This document shows positions 17,550 to 25,325 of a stretch of DNA of 64,000 nt, one piece after another. The translations under genes and the position numbers were made by a program. The notes beneath the pieces are model-generated. The model worked only from the letters and a program-made list of their open reading frames with translations, made no database searches and was not told the origin of the DNA. Source of the stretch: an uncultured Clostridia bacterium (GTDB lineage: Bacteria; Bacillota; Clostridia; Christensenellales; CAG-314); the NCBI GenBank assembly GCA_947628135.1, contig CANQYT010000001.1, positions 65,285 through 129,284 on the forward strand, given 5' to 3'. Position 1 is the first letter of the stretch; each line of letters opens with the position of its first letter.

Positions 17550-18068
17550 ATGTTAAACAAAAAAATCGCCGATTTGATAAACGATCAAATCAACAAGGAA
17601 CTGTATTCGGCATATCTGTATCTTGATTTTGCCAACTATTACGCCGACGAAGGTTTGGACGGATTTGCCAATTGGTACGAAGTGCAAGCCCGCGAGGAGT
17701 GCGACCACGCGCTTATGTTGCGCAGATATCTCATAAACAACGGGATAAAGGTTACGTTTTCCAGCATTTCCAAGCCCTCCAAGTCTTTCAAGGACTACAA
17801 TGCGCCCTTGCAAGCGGGCTACGAACACGAGCAATACGTAACGTCCCTCATCACCGCAATATATCACGAGGCGTTTGAGCAAAAGGACTACAAAACGATG
17901 CAATTCCTCGATTGGTTCATCAAGGAGCAGGGCGAAGAAGAGACCAACGCCGAAGAACTGTTGAGAAAAATGAAGTTGTTCGGCGGCGACGCAAAAGGTT
18001 TGTATGCGCTCAATCAGGAACTTGCCGCGAGAACTTACACCCCGTCGGCAACAGGTCCTGCAAAATAA
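17550..18068 (+). CDS. Non-haem ferritin
   Basis: INKELYSAYLYLDFANYYADEGLDGFANWYEVQAREECDHALMLRRYL contains the ferroxidase-centre residues. GGAGG RBS before the ATG at 17550. Confidence 0.85.
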   Translation: MLNKKIADLINDQINKELYSAYLYLDFANYYADEGLDGFANWYEVQAREECDHALMLRRYLINNGIKVTFSSISKPSKSFKDYNAPLQAGYEHEQYVTSLITAIYHEAFEQKDYKTMQFLDWFIKEQGEEETNAEELLRKMKLFGGDAKGLYALNQELAARTYTPSATGPAK

Positions 18069-18083
18069 AAAACGGCAAAAGTT

Positions 18084-18110
18084 CGGCGTGCTTTTCGGCA
18101 CGCCTTTTTT
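18084..18110 (+). terminator. Rho-independent terminator
   Basis: GGCGTGC-ttttc-GGCACGCC followed by TTTTTT. Confidence 0.7.
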
Positions 18111-18280
18111 GTGCGCATTTATCAACGCCGCAAGCAAGGAAGTAAAAGAAAAATTGTTTGACGCGATAGACAATTGGTTTATTTTGATGCGTTGAATTTA
18201 TTTTGCCGTTGCGTTAGCGATAAAAATATGATATTATATTAGTAATATATAGTTTTGCGGCAACGCAAAGGTAAACAACG

Positions 18281-19492
18281 ATGAACAAACAACAACAAAT
18301 TCTTATAGAACACGATCAGCAACACGTCGCGGCTTTGCTCGACAGTTTGCAGGGGGAACAGCGGCGGCGGCTTGCCGAGCAGGTTTCCCAAATAGATTGG
18401 GATACGGTGGAACTTTGGCGGCATCCGCAGGATCTCAGCGGCAGCGGCAATATACAGCCGATAGCGGGGCTCACACTTCCGGAAATTCAGCGCGACAGGA
18501 CCGTTTACCGCAAGGCGGGCGAGCAAGCGTTGCGGCAGGGCAAGGTGGGCGCGGTACTGCTTGCTGGCGGGCAGGGCACAAGGCTCGGCAGCGACGCACC
18601 CAAAGGCGCTTACGATATGGGTCTGACGCGTCCGCTGTATATTTTTCAGTTGCTGATAGGCAATTTGCTGGAAGTTTGCAACGGGTGCGGTTGTTACGTG
18701 CCGCTTTTTGTGATGACGAGCGAATCAAACGACGGTTACACGCGCGAATTTTTGCGGCGGCACGATTACTTCGGCTATCCGCAAGATCAAATACGCTTTT
18801 TCGTTCAGGATATGTTTCCCGTCACAGATCTCAACGGCAAATTGTTGGTTCGCGACGGGCAACTCGTAACCTCCCCCAACGGCAACGGCGGTTGGTTCTC
18901 CTCGCTTACCCGCAGCGGCGTTTTGAAAGATTTTCCCGATATCGAATGGCTCAACGCGTTTGCCGTGGACAACGTGCTTCAACGCATTGCCGACCCCGTA
19001 TTTGTGGGGGCAACAATACTTAGCGGCGTCAACTGCGGCGCAAAGTTTGTGCGAAAGTGCGATCCGCACGAACGTGTGGGCGCGCTTTGTCTGCAAAACG
19101 GCGTGTCCTCGGTGATAGAGTACTACGAAATGACGGAGCAAATGGCAAATCAAACTGATCCCGACGGCGAACTGACCTACGGTTTCGGCGTGATACTCAA
19201 CTACCTGTTCCGCCTGTCCAAACTGCAAGAAACGGCAGGCAAACGTATGCCCGTACACGTGGTAAAAAAGAAAGTGCCCGTAGAGGGCGAGGACGGTACG
19301 ATTTCCGCCCCCGACAAAGAAAACGCCTACAAGTTCGAAACGCTGATATTGGATATGGTTAAACTTATGCAGACTTGTTTGCCGTTCGAAGTGGTGCGCG
19401 AGCGCGAGTTTGCTCCCGTCAAAAACAGAGAGGGCACGGACAGCGTCGAATCGGCGCGCAAACTGCTGCGGCAAAACGGCGTCCAACTGTAA
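18281..19492 (+). CDS. UDPGP-family nucleotidyltransferase (UDP-N-acetylhexosamine/UDP-sugar pyrophosphorylase-like)
   Basis: LLAGGQGTRLGSDAPKGAYDMGL and SPNGNGG motifs. Confidence 0.7.
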   Translation: MNKQQQILIEHDQQHVAALLDSLQGEQRRRLAEQVSQIDWDTVELWRHPQDLSGSGNIQPIAGLTLPEIQRDRTVYRKAGEQALRQGKVGAVLLAGGQGTRLGSDAPKGAYDMGLTRPLYIFQLLIGNLLEVCNGCGCYVPLFVMTSESNDGYTREFLRRHDYFGYPQDQIRFFVQDMFPVTDLNGKLLVRDGQLVTSPNGNGGWFSSLTRSGVLKDFPDIEWLNAFAVDNVLQRIADPVFVGATILSGVNCGAKFVRKCDPHERVGALCLQNGVSSVIEYYEMTEQMANQTDPDGELTYGFGVILNYLFRLSKLQETAGKRMPVHVVKKKVPVEGEDGTISAPDKENAYKFETLILDMVKLMQTCLPFEVVREREFAPVKNREGTDSVESARKLLRQNGVQL

Positions 19493-19583
19493 CTCGCCCA
19501 AACGCTCATTCTCCTATCGCGGCGAAATCCGTCCGACAGGTGTTCGGCGTAAGTAAGCGGCTTGATATTTTGCGTTCAAAGAG

Positions 19584-19608
19584 GGCTTGCAAAGAGCAAG
19601 CCTTTTTT
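19584..19608 (+). terminator. Rho-independent terminator
   Basis: GGCTTGC-aaaga-GCAAGCC followed by TTTTTT. Confidence 0.7.
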
Positions 19609-19717
19609 CGTCGCCGCACGCACTCAGGTCACGTAAACGCCCTGCTGCGGACGGAAATATTTACCTCCGCATGCGAATATTGTGCGCCGCTGTTTGCAAA
19701 CAATATACCGAAACGCA

Positions 19718-19746
19718 TTGACAGAAAAACGTCCGTGTGGTAAAAT
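19718..19746 (+). promoter_or_regulatory. Sigma-A-type promoter (extended -10) of the polymerase/yolD operon
   Basis: TTGACA, a 17-nt spacer, then TGgTAAAAT. Confidence 0.6.
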
Positions 19747-19796
19747 ATTTTTAGATAGTTTGTTCTAATTTACCGCAAGAGGGCGGAGGGGGCAAC

Positions 19797-21299
19797 GTGG
19801 AAGAACGTCGGTACATCGCAATAGACCTCAAATCTTTTTACGCGTCGGTGGAGTGCAGAGAGCGAAAACTCGACCCCATTGTTACAAATTTGGTCGTTGC
19901 GGACGAAAGCCGCACGGAAAAAACGATTTGTCTTGCCGTTTCGCCCGCGCTTAAAGCGTATTCCGTGCCCGGCAGGGCGCGCCTGTTCGAAGTGGTGCAA
20001 AAGGTAAAAGCCGTCAATGCAAACAGGCAAGCCAAAGCGCCCAATCGCAAGTTGACGGGCAGTTCCTGCAACGCGACGGAACTCGCCGCAGACCCCTCTC
20101 TCGCGCTGGACTTCATCATTGCGCCGCCGCGAATGGCATTGTATCTCGATTACAGCACGCGTATATATCGTATCTACACAAAATACGTTTCGCCCGAGGA
20201 CATTCACGTCTATTCGATAGACGAGGTGTTTATGGACGTGACGGGCTATCTGGAAATTTATCATACCACCGCACACGAACTTGCAAGACGTATCATACGC
20301 GACGTGCTTTCGCAAACGGGCATAACAGCCACGGCGGGAATCGGTACTAATTTGTATCTTGCCAAGGTGGCTATGGACGTTGTCGCAAAACACGCCCAAC
20401 CGGACGGCGACGGGGTGCGTATCGCCGAGTTGGACGAAATGTCCTACCGCAAAACGTTGTGGGCGCACACGCCGCTGACGGATTTTTGGCGGGTAGGCGA
20501 GGGTTATATGCGCAGGTTGGACAGCGTGGGCTTGCGCACAATGGGGGATATCGCGCGCTGTTCTTTGCACAACGAAGGTTTGCTGTACAAGTTGTTCGGC
20601 GTAAACGCGGAGTTGTTGATAGACCACGCGTGGGGTTGGGAATGTACAACCATCGCCGACATAAAGGCGTACCGTCCCGAAACAAACAGCCTCAGCAGCG
20701 GGCAGGTGCTTAGCAGTCCCTACGCTTTCGACAAGGGCAAACTGGTAGTCCGCGAGATGACCGACTCGTTGGTGTTGGATCTGGTGGACAAAGGGCTGAA
20801 AACAAATCAGATGACGCTCACCGTCGGTTACGACGTGGAGTGTATCCGCGACCCCGACATTCGCCGCAAGTACAAAGGGGAGGTACACGTGGACCATTGG
20901 GGGCGCAAAGTGCCTCGGCACGCGCACGGCAGCGTAAATCTCGACGGCTACACCTCCTCCACCTCGCAGATAGTGCAAGCCGTTATGCAGTTGTACGATC
21001 GTATAGTCAACCCCGACTTGTTGGTACGGAGAATGTACGTGGTGGCAAATCACGTGGTAAGCGGCAAGGACGTGCCTCTGCAAAAGTACGAACAGGCGGA
21101 CATATTTACCGACTACGAAGAGGAAGAGGCTCGGCGCGCCGAACGTCGTGCGGAACTTGCCAAGGAGGAAAATTTGCAGAAAACCGTACTTACCATTCAC
21201 AAAAAGTACGGCAAAAACGCATTGATAAAGGGTATGGACCTCAAAGAGGGCGCAACGGCGATAGAGCGCAACGGACAAATAGGCGGGCACAAAAAATGA
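19797..21299 (+). CDS. Y-family (ImpB/MucB/UvrX-type) translesion DNA polymerase, GTG start
   Basis: YIAIDLKSFYASVECRERKLDP, YSIDEVFMDVTGY and GIGTNLYLAKVAMD motifs. GGAGGGGG RBS. Confidence 0.8.
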   Translation: MEERRYIAIDLKSFYASVECRERKLDPIVTNLVVADESRTEKTICLAVSPALKAYSVPGRARLFEVVQKVKAVNANRQAKAPNRKLTGSSCNATELAADPSLALDFIIAPPRMALYLDYSTRIYRIYTKYVSPEDIHVYSIDEVFMDVTGYLEIYHTTAHELARRIIRDVLSQTGITATAGIGTNLYLAKVAMDVVAKHAQPDGDGVRIAELDEMSYRKTLWAHTPLTDFWRVGEGYMRRLDSVGLRTMGDIARCSLHNEGLLYKLFGVNAELLIDHAWGWECTTIADIKAYRPETNSLSSGQVLSSPYAFDKGKLVVREMTDSLVLDLVDKGLKTNQMTLTVGYDVECIRDPDIRRKYKGEVHVDHWGRKVPRHAHGSVNLDGYTSSTSQIVQAVMQLYDRIVNPDLLVRRMYVVANHVVSGKDVPLQKYEQADIFTDYEEEEARRAERRAELAKEENLQKTVLTIHKKYGKNALIKGMDLKEGATAIERNGQIGGHKK

Positions 21300-21709
21300 C
21301 GGTCAAATCGGATAGTTACAATGACATAATCAATTTGCCTCATCACGTTTCGCAGAACAGAAAGCGAATGTCCGTCGGCGACAGAGCGGCGCAATTCAGC
21401 CCCTTCGCCGCGCTGAAAGGTTTCGACGACGAAATAGACGAGGCGGCGCGTTTCACCGAAAGCAAAATCGAACCGGACGGCGCGCGTGCGGAAGAAATAA
21501 ACGAAAAACTGCTGTTGCTGAACGAACAACAGCGGTCGCACCCGTCGCTGCGTTTGACGTATTTTGTCGCGGACGGCAAAAAGAGCGGCGGCAAATACCT
21601 CTCCGTGCAGGGCAGGTTGAAGAAATTCGACGTGTACAACCGCACATTGACGTTGGAAGATGGGTCGTGCGTGTCCTTTGAGGACATATTCGACATCGAA
21701 TTGCATTGA
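21296..21709 (+). CDS. YolD-like protein (accessory partner of Y-family polymerases)
   Basis: 137 aa. The ATGA overlap couples it to the polymerase stop. RAAQFSPFAALKGFDDEI plus the C-terminal DIFDIE are typical YolD-like features. Confidence 0.7.
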   Translation: MTVKSDSYNDIINLPHHVSQNRKRMSVGDRAAQFSPFAALKGFDDEIDEAARFTESKIEPDGARAEEINEKLLLLNEQQRSHPSLRLTYFVADGKKSGGKYLSVQGRLKKFDVYNRTLTLEDGSCVSFEDIFDIELH

Positions 21710-21768
21710 CGTAATATATTTTGGGGAGCAAAATTTCAACAACGTTTTGATTTTTTACGCCCCACCCG

Positions 21769-22392
21769 ATTCAGCCTTTGCCATCAAGCCTACCGACAAG
21801 TCGTATCGGGTATTCCACGCAAAAAGGCTTCACTTCGGACGCCGCAACAGAGTAAATAGCGCTCGTGCAATTGAACACAAAACGGCTTCGCGCGTCGCAA
21901 CTCGCCCTTGACATCACCGCTCGTGCAACCTGCACGAGCGATTCCGCTGTCGGGCGGTTGCTTCTACCACCCGTGCAAATATTCATTTGCACGGGGACCC
22001 GTTTTCCCCATCAAGTCTCCTTTGTCTACTTGATGGGGACCCCGTATGACTTGAACAACACATTGTTGTCAAATATAAATTAACTTGTGCGGCACGCTTG
22101 TTGCAGATTGTTTTGAGTTGCAACAGCACTCGCGTTATGGATAGTAAAGTCGAGTGCGGCGTCATTGTTGCAGATTATTTTGCGTTGGATTACCCTCGCT
22201 CTCGGTGTTACAATGTCCCCACCCGCCCGCCCCTATTCGCGGATATGAAGTTTGCAACTGTTGAGAAATTTATTTCGGGCACACGCGATAGACCTATTAT
22301 ATATGTAATATTTGCAAAACCGACTTTTTCGTCTGAAATCGGTTTTATTTTGTACAGTAAGCAACATTATCCTGTGCGCTTACGCGCCGCCG
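21769..22392 (+). repeat. Composite intergenic repeat, locus L1 (modules M, H, T and the first 19 nt of S)
   Basis: Blocks are shared with 24408-25258 (inverted), 57490-57815 and 61457-62189; see findings. Confidence 0.8.
22221..22351 (+). ncRNA. Candidate C-rich small RNA (copy in L1)
   Basis: TTGGAT, 18 nt, then TGtTACAAT at 22185-22214. The body begins CCCCACCCGCCCGCCCC. The terminator is AAAACCGA..TCGGTTTT plus a T-run at 22316-22351. Confidence 0.35.
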
Positions 22393-22626
22393 TCGGCGAA
22401 AATACGAAGGGTAATAAAAATCATATCAAACCGACTTGTCGGAGATAGGCATAAAGTAGCAAGGGACAATATATGAAAACTCACCGTCTGCGCAAGGCAA
22501 TTCGTATCCATTACGTACAACAGCCGTCAGGCTTGCAAAAACACGATTCCGTTCAACCGCAACGTGCGTTTTTCCCTCCTTGGTAAAGTAAAAGGCGCTG
22601 TCGGCGGGTAATTATTCCCCAACGGG

Positions 22627-22669
22627 CAAAAAGAACGACTGCCGCAAGCAATCTTTACTTGCGGCAGCC
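22627..22669 (-). terminator. Rho-independent terminator of the membrane-protein gene
   Basis: GGCTGCCGCAAG / CTTGCGGCAGTC 12-bp stem plus a T-run on the minus strand. Confidence 0.7.
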
Positions 22670-22702
22670 TCTTTGTTTGTTAGATAATACCGTTTTGCGC
22701 GA

Positions 22703-23731
22703 TCAGGAAACGTCCTCGACGTCAAGTTCGGAACTGTACGGACAGTTTTTTGCTGTTTCTTTCCAAACTCTTTCCACGTCTTTTGCCGCGCTGTTAAATT
22801 CTCTCGGATGACGTTCGGCATAGTTGGGATCGTCTTTGCTCGTGTAGAAAGCGTTTATTTTTACTTTGAGCGTAATGGTGTCTCCATAGACGCTGGTGTA
22901 GCAATCTATGTAAGTGAATTGCCCTGCCGCCGATTTTATTGCGTCTTGCAGTCTATTCGCCCAAGTGTTTGCGGATTCCGTGCCGTCGCTTGTGTCGGAC
23001 GAACTGCTCGAAGAGGAACTTGCGGAGGATTTGGACGAGGGATGTTCCCTGTTGTATTCTTTTATTCCGCCCACATAAAATCCGTACCTCTTGAAGGAAA
23101 CGATGAATCCCACGACGATTATCAGCATAAAGGCGATGTAAACGATGAAAGTTACCGTCGCGTTGTTTGCCAATTTTATTATCAGCATCAGCAAAAAGCC
23201 GATAAGAATGGGCGCTGTCAAGGAGGACAATATCAGTATAAATTCCTTTATTCTGTTGGGTTGAAAGTTTTCCATCTCCTCAAATTTACCCACGATGAAG
23301 AAATAGACGAGCGGATACGTCAAAAGCGGTGCAAAAGCCAACCCGTCGATAAAGGCGCTTCCTACCGGTTTTTCCGCGCCGTCTGCCAAAGGTATAGTGC
23401 ACACAAGCAGCAAAATTACCGCATACAGCACCAAAGAAGCGACAAGCAGCAACGTTCTGAGCAATTTTGTAACTTTGAACCTCAAATTGTTTATAATGTC
23501 GCACGCAAAGTACATAAGTATCACCGCAGGATAAACGGCAAGCACGGAAACCATCGACGCTCCTCCGTCGTTCAGATACTTGTATCCCGTGCCGTCCTCG
23601 TGTACGTAGCCGAGGATAGCATCGTAATTCAGTGCAAGGCACATAGTCAAAATGAACATTATCACCGCAAATCCGGCGAATATGCACAGTCTGAACCACC
23701 ATTTGCTCATAAGTTTAACTAAATTATTCAT
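22703..23731 (-). CDS. Polytopic membrane protein with a Ser-rich linker and a C-terminal soluble domain (hypothetical)
   Basis: 342-aa ORF with an AAGGAGG RBS, about 7 hydrophobic segments, SSKSSASSSSSSSSDTSD, then an about 100-aa domain. Confidence 0.65.
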   Translation of the reverse strand: MNNLVKLMSKWWFRLCIFAGFAVIMFILTMCLALNYDAILGYVHEDGTGYKYLNDGGASMVSVLAVYPAVILMYFACDIINNLRFKVTKLLRTLLLVASLVLYAVILLLVCTIPLADGAEKPVGSAFIDGLAFAPLLTYPLVYFFIVGKFEEMENFQPNRIKEFILILSSLTAPILIGFLLMLIIKLANNATVTFIVYIAFMLIIVVGFIVSFKRYGFYVGGIKEYNREHPSSKSSASSSSSSSSDTSDGTESANTWANRLQDAIKSAAGQFTYIDCYTSVYGDTITLKVKINAFYTSKDDPNYAERHPREFNSAAKDVERVWKETAKNCPYSSELDVEDVS

Positions 23732-23751
23732 ATTTATAACCTCCTTACTCT

Positions 23752-23779
23752 ATTCTACCCCCCCCCGTCATTTTGTCAA
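23752..23779 (-). promoter_or_regulatory. Sigma-A-type promoter whose spacer is mostly a G9 tract
   Basis: The minus strand reads TTGACA-aaatgac-GGGGGGGGG-TAGAAT (16-nt spacer). An A-rich UP-like stretch lies immediately upstream, and the SD begins 5 nt after the -10. Confidence 0.55.
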
Positions 23780-23931
23780 TGATTTTTACTTTTTTTTTCG
23801 GTATCTTTTTTATTGCCGCAGCGCCCCTTTCCAAACGACTGAGCGGAAGTGTTTTGGGTGAGCGGGGAAATCCTGCCGCAAGCGCGAAAAGAGAGCGATT
23901 GCGGTAAAAAAAATTGCGGCAAAGCGGCGAG

Positions 23932-23967
23932 CAAAAAAATACGCACCCATTTTTCAGGCGCGTATTT
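23932..23967 (-). terminator. Rho-independent terminator of tmRNA
   Basis: ATACGCGCC/GGTGCGTAT stem with one mismatch, followed by T7 on the minus strand. Confidence 0.6.
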
Positions 23968-23975
23968 GCTTGTAA

Positions 23976-24352
23976 TGGTGGAGGTGACGGGACTTGCACC
24001 CGTGTACCAACGCAAGACTATCCGACTTTCTTCGCATACAGTTTACTTTCGGTGTCGCAACGGCGAGATAGCAAACCAACTTGCCGTTGTCTGCGTCGAA
24101 AAAAATTTCAAGTCAAAGCGTTTCGGCGTCACCGCTGAGACTCTGTTTGCGTTGTCTTACACAGTATCCCCAACGACGCAACGGCGTTCGGGACTGCGTG
24201 CCGATGTAAATTAAGCGGCAAATGCCAATCTGTTAGATTGACGAGAAGTGCTATTATTAGCGTTTATTTTTGTTTTGCCTTGGTAACGCAGTGGACGCTG
24301 CGACGCGCTTATCGGATCTCCTTCAACGTCGGGCGAATCTGAAAACACCCCC
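23976..24352 (-). ncRNA. ssrA: tmRNA (SsrA)
   Basis: The 5' end GGGGGTGTTTTCAGATTCGCCCGACG pairs with the 3' end CACCTCCACCA. The T-arm is GGGTGCAAGTCCCGT. The tag ORF is GGC AAA ACA ... TTG GCA TTT GCC GCT TAA, giving (A)GKTKINANNSTSRQSNRLAFAA. Confidence 0.9.
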
Positions 24353-24367
24353 GTATCGTTACAATAT

Positions 24368-24396
24368 ATTATACACTAACCGTCCCCTTTTGTAAA
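24368..24396 (-). promoter_or_regulatory. Sigma-A-type promoter of ssrA
   Basis: The minus strand reads TTTACA, a 17-nt spacer, then TATAAT. It lies about 15 nt upstream of the mature 5' end. Confidence 0.6.
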
Positions 24397-24407
24397 CATA
24401 AATTTAT

Positions 24408-25258
24408 GCTCTGTAATAAATGTCGGGGTGTAAACAAGTCGGCAAATAGATAAGTCCGCTAAGTTTCAATCAAACTCCGTAAAGTTCGGGCGTGTACCGA
24501 ATCTTTGCGTCCTCCCCGGGGATGCCGGGGGTAGGGGAGACCCCGGCGAAAGGCTTTCAACAGTTCGCGCCGTGTAGGCGCAACTTCGTCGCGCCTTATG
24601 TTTGTCAGCACCAAGCACGCGCAAGCGTACTTGATACCGCTGACGCATAGGCACTCCTCTCCCACACAATTTTCGTAAACTCAAATTGTGCGTGTGCCCT
24701 ATTTCGACTGCGGCGGCGCGTAAGCGCACAGGATAATGTTACTTACTATATAAAAAGAAACCGACCTCAGCCGAGAGTGTCGGTTTTATATAAGTTGTCT
24801 ATTAAATTTTAATCGCGTATATCCGAAACAAATTTTCTCAACAGTTGTAAATATTTTCCCCGCGAATAGGGGTGGGCGGTCGGGGACATTGTAACACCGA
24901 GAGTGAGGGTGTTCGGTGAAAAATAATCTGTAACGAGGACGCCGCGAAAATTAAAATTGATTGATGTGGAAAAATAATATTTTTGATTGATTTTCTACAA
25001 AAAGCGCAAGGGTGTTCCAACGCAAAATAATCTGCAACAAGGGCATCGCACAAGTCAATTTACATTTAACAAAAATGTGCGATGCCCGAAGCGAAGCCGT
25101 TTTGCGTGGAATATCCGCCGCGCCGTCTGCTATATTATCAAAAAAAAAGACGCCGCACAATCATTTTTGTGCGGCGTCCGAAGTGAAGCCTTTTTGCGTG
25201 GAATACCCGATACGACTTGTGGTCGGATAAGTAGGCTTGTTGGCAAATGTTGGGGCGC
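24408..25258 (-). repeat. Composite intergenic repeat, locus L2 (modules M, M', T, S; inverted relative to L1/L3)
   Basis: The reverse complement aligns block by block with 61457-62189. Confidence 0.8.
24753..24880 (-). ncRNA. Candidate C-rich small RNA (copy in L2)
   Basis: TGtTACAAT -10 at 24888-24896 on the minus strand, with a poor -35. The body and terminator are near-identical to the L3 copy. Confidence 0.3.
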
Positions 25259-25325
25259 AAATACAAGTTTTACACTGTTTGTAAACTATGTCCCCAACAT
25301 TTGACATAGAGCCGAAGATTATCTA

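Noticed and set aside
19770-21290. Other long antisense ORFs lie opposite real genes:
- 19770-21290
- 26917-28629
- 28639-29637
- 32816-34414
- 37668-39671
- 46468-48246
- 48991-50313
- 50683-52971
- 56374-57612
- 57936-59183
- 59568-60743
- 62217-62849
- 62886-63941
   Set aside because: The same codon-phase shadow effect applies. Each is opposite a gene with strong family motifs, none has an RBS or recognisable domains, and their compositions are skewed.
22100-22195. A CRISPR-like look: GTTGCAGATTGTTTTGAGTTGCAAC... and GTTGCAGATTATTTTGCGTTGGA... are separated by about 37 nt. Similar pairs occur in L2.
   Set aside because: There are only two copies per locus, with irregular spacing (about 37 nt in L1, about 80 nt in L2). 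The copies are embedded in larger conserved repeat blocks, the 'spacers' are themselves conserved between loci, and there are no cas genes or leader. The motif is the T-rich tail of terminator module M/T.
23745-24214. ORFs 23745-23999, 23776-24015, 23849-24214 and 23914-24138.
   Set aside because: They overlap the tmRNA gene, its terminator and the promoter region of the membrane-protein gene. No coding signal.
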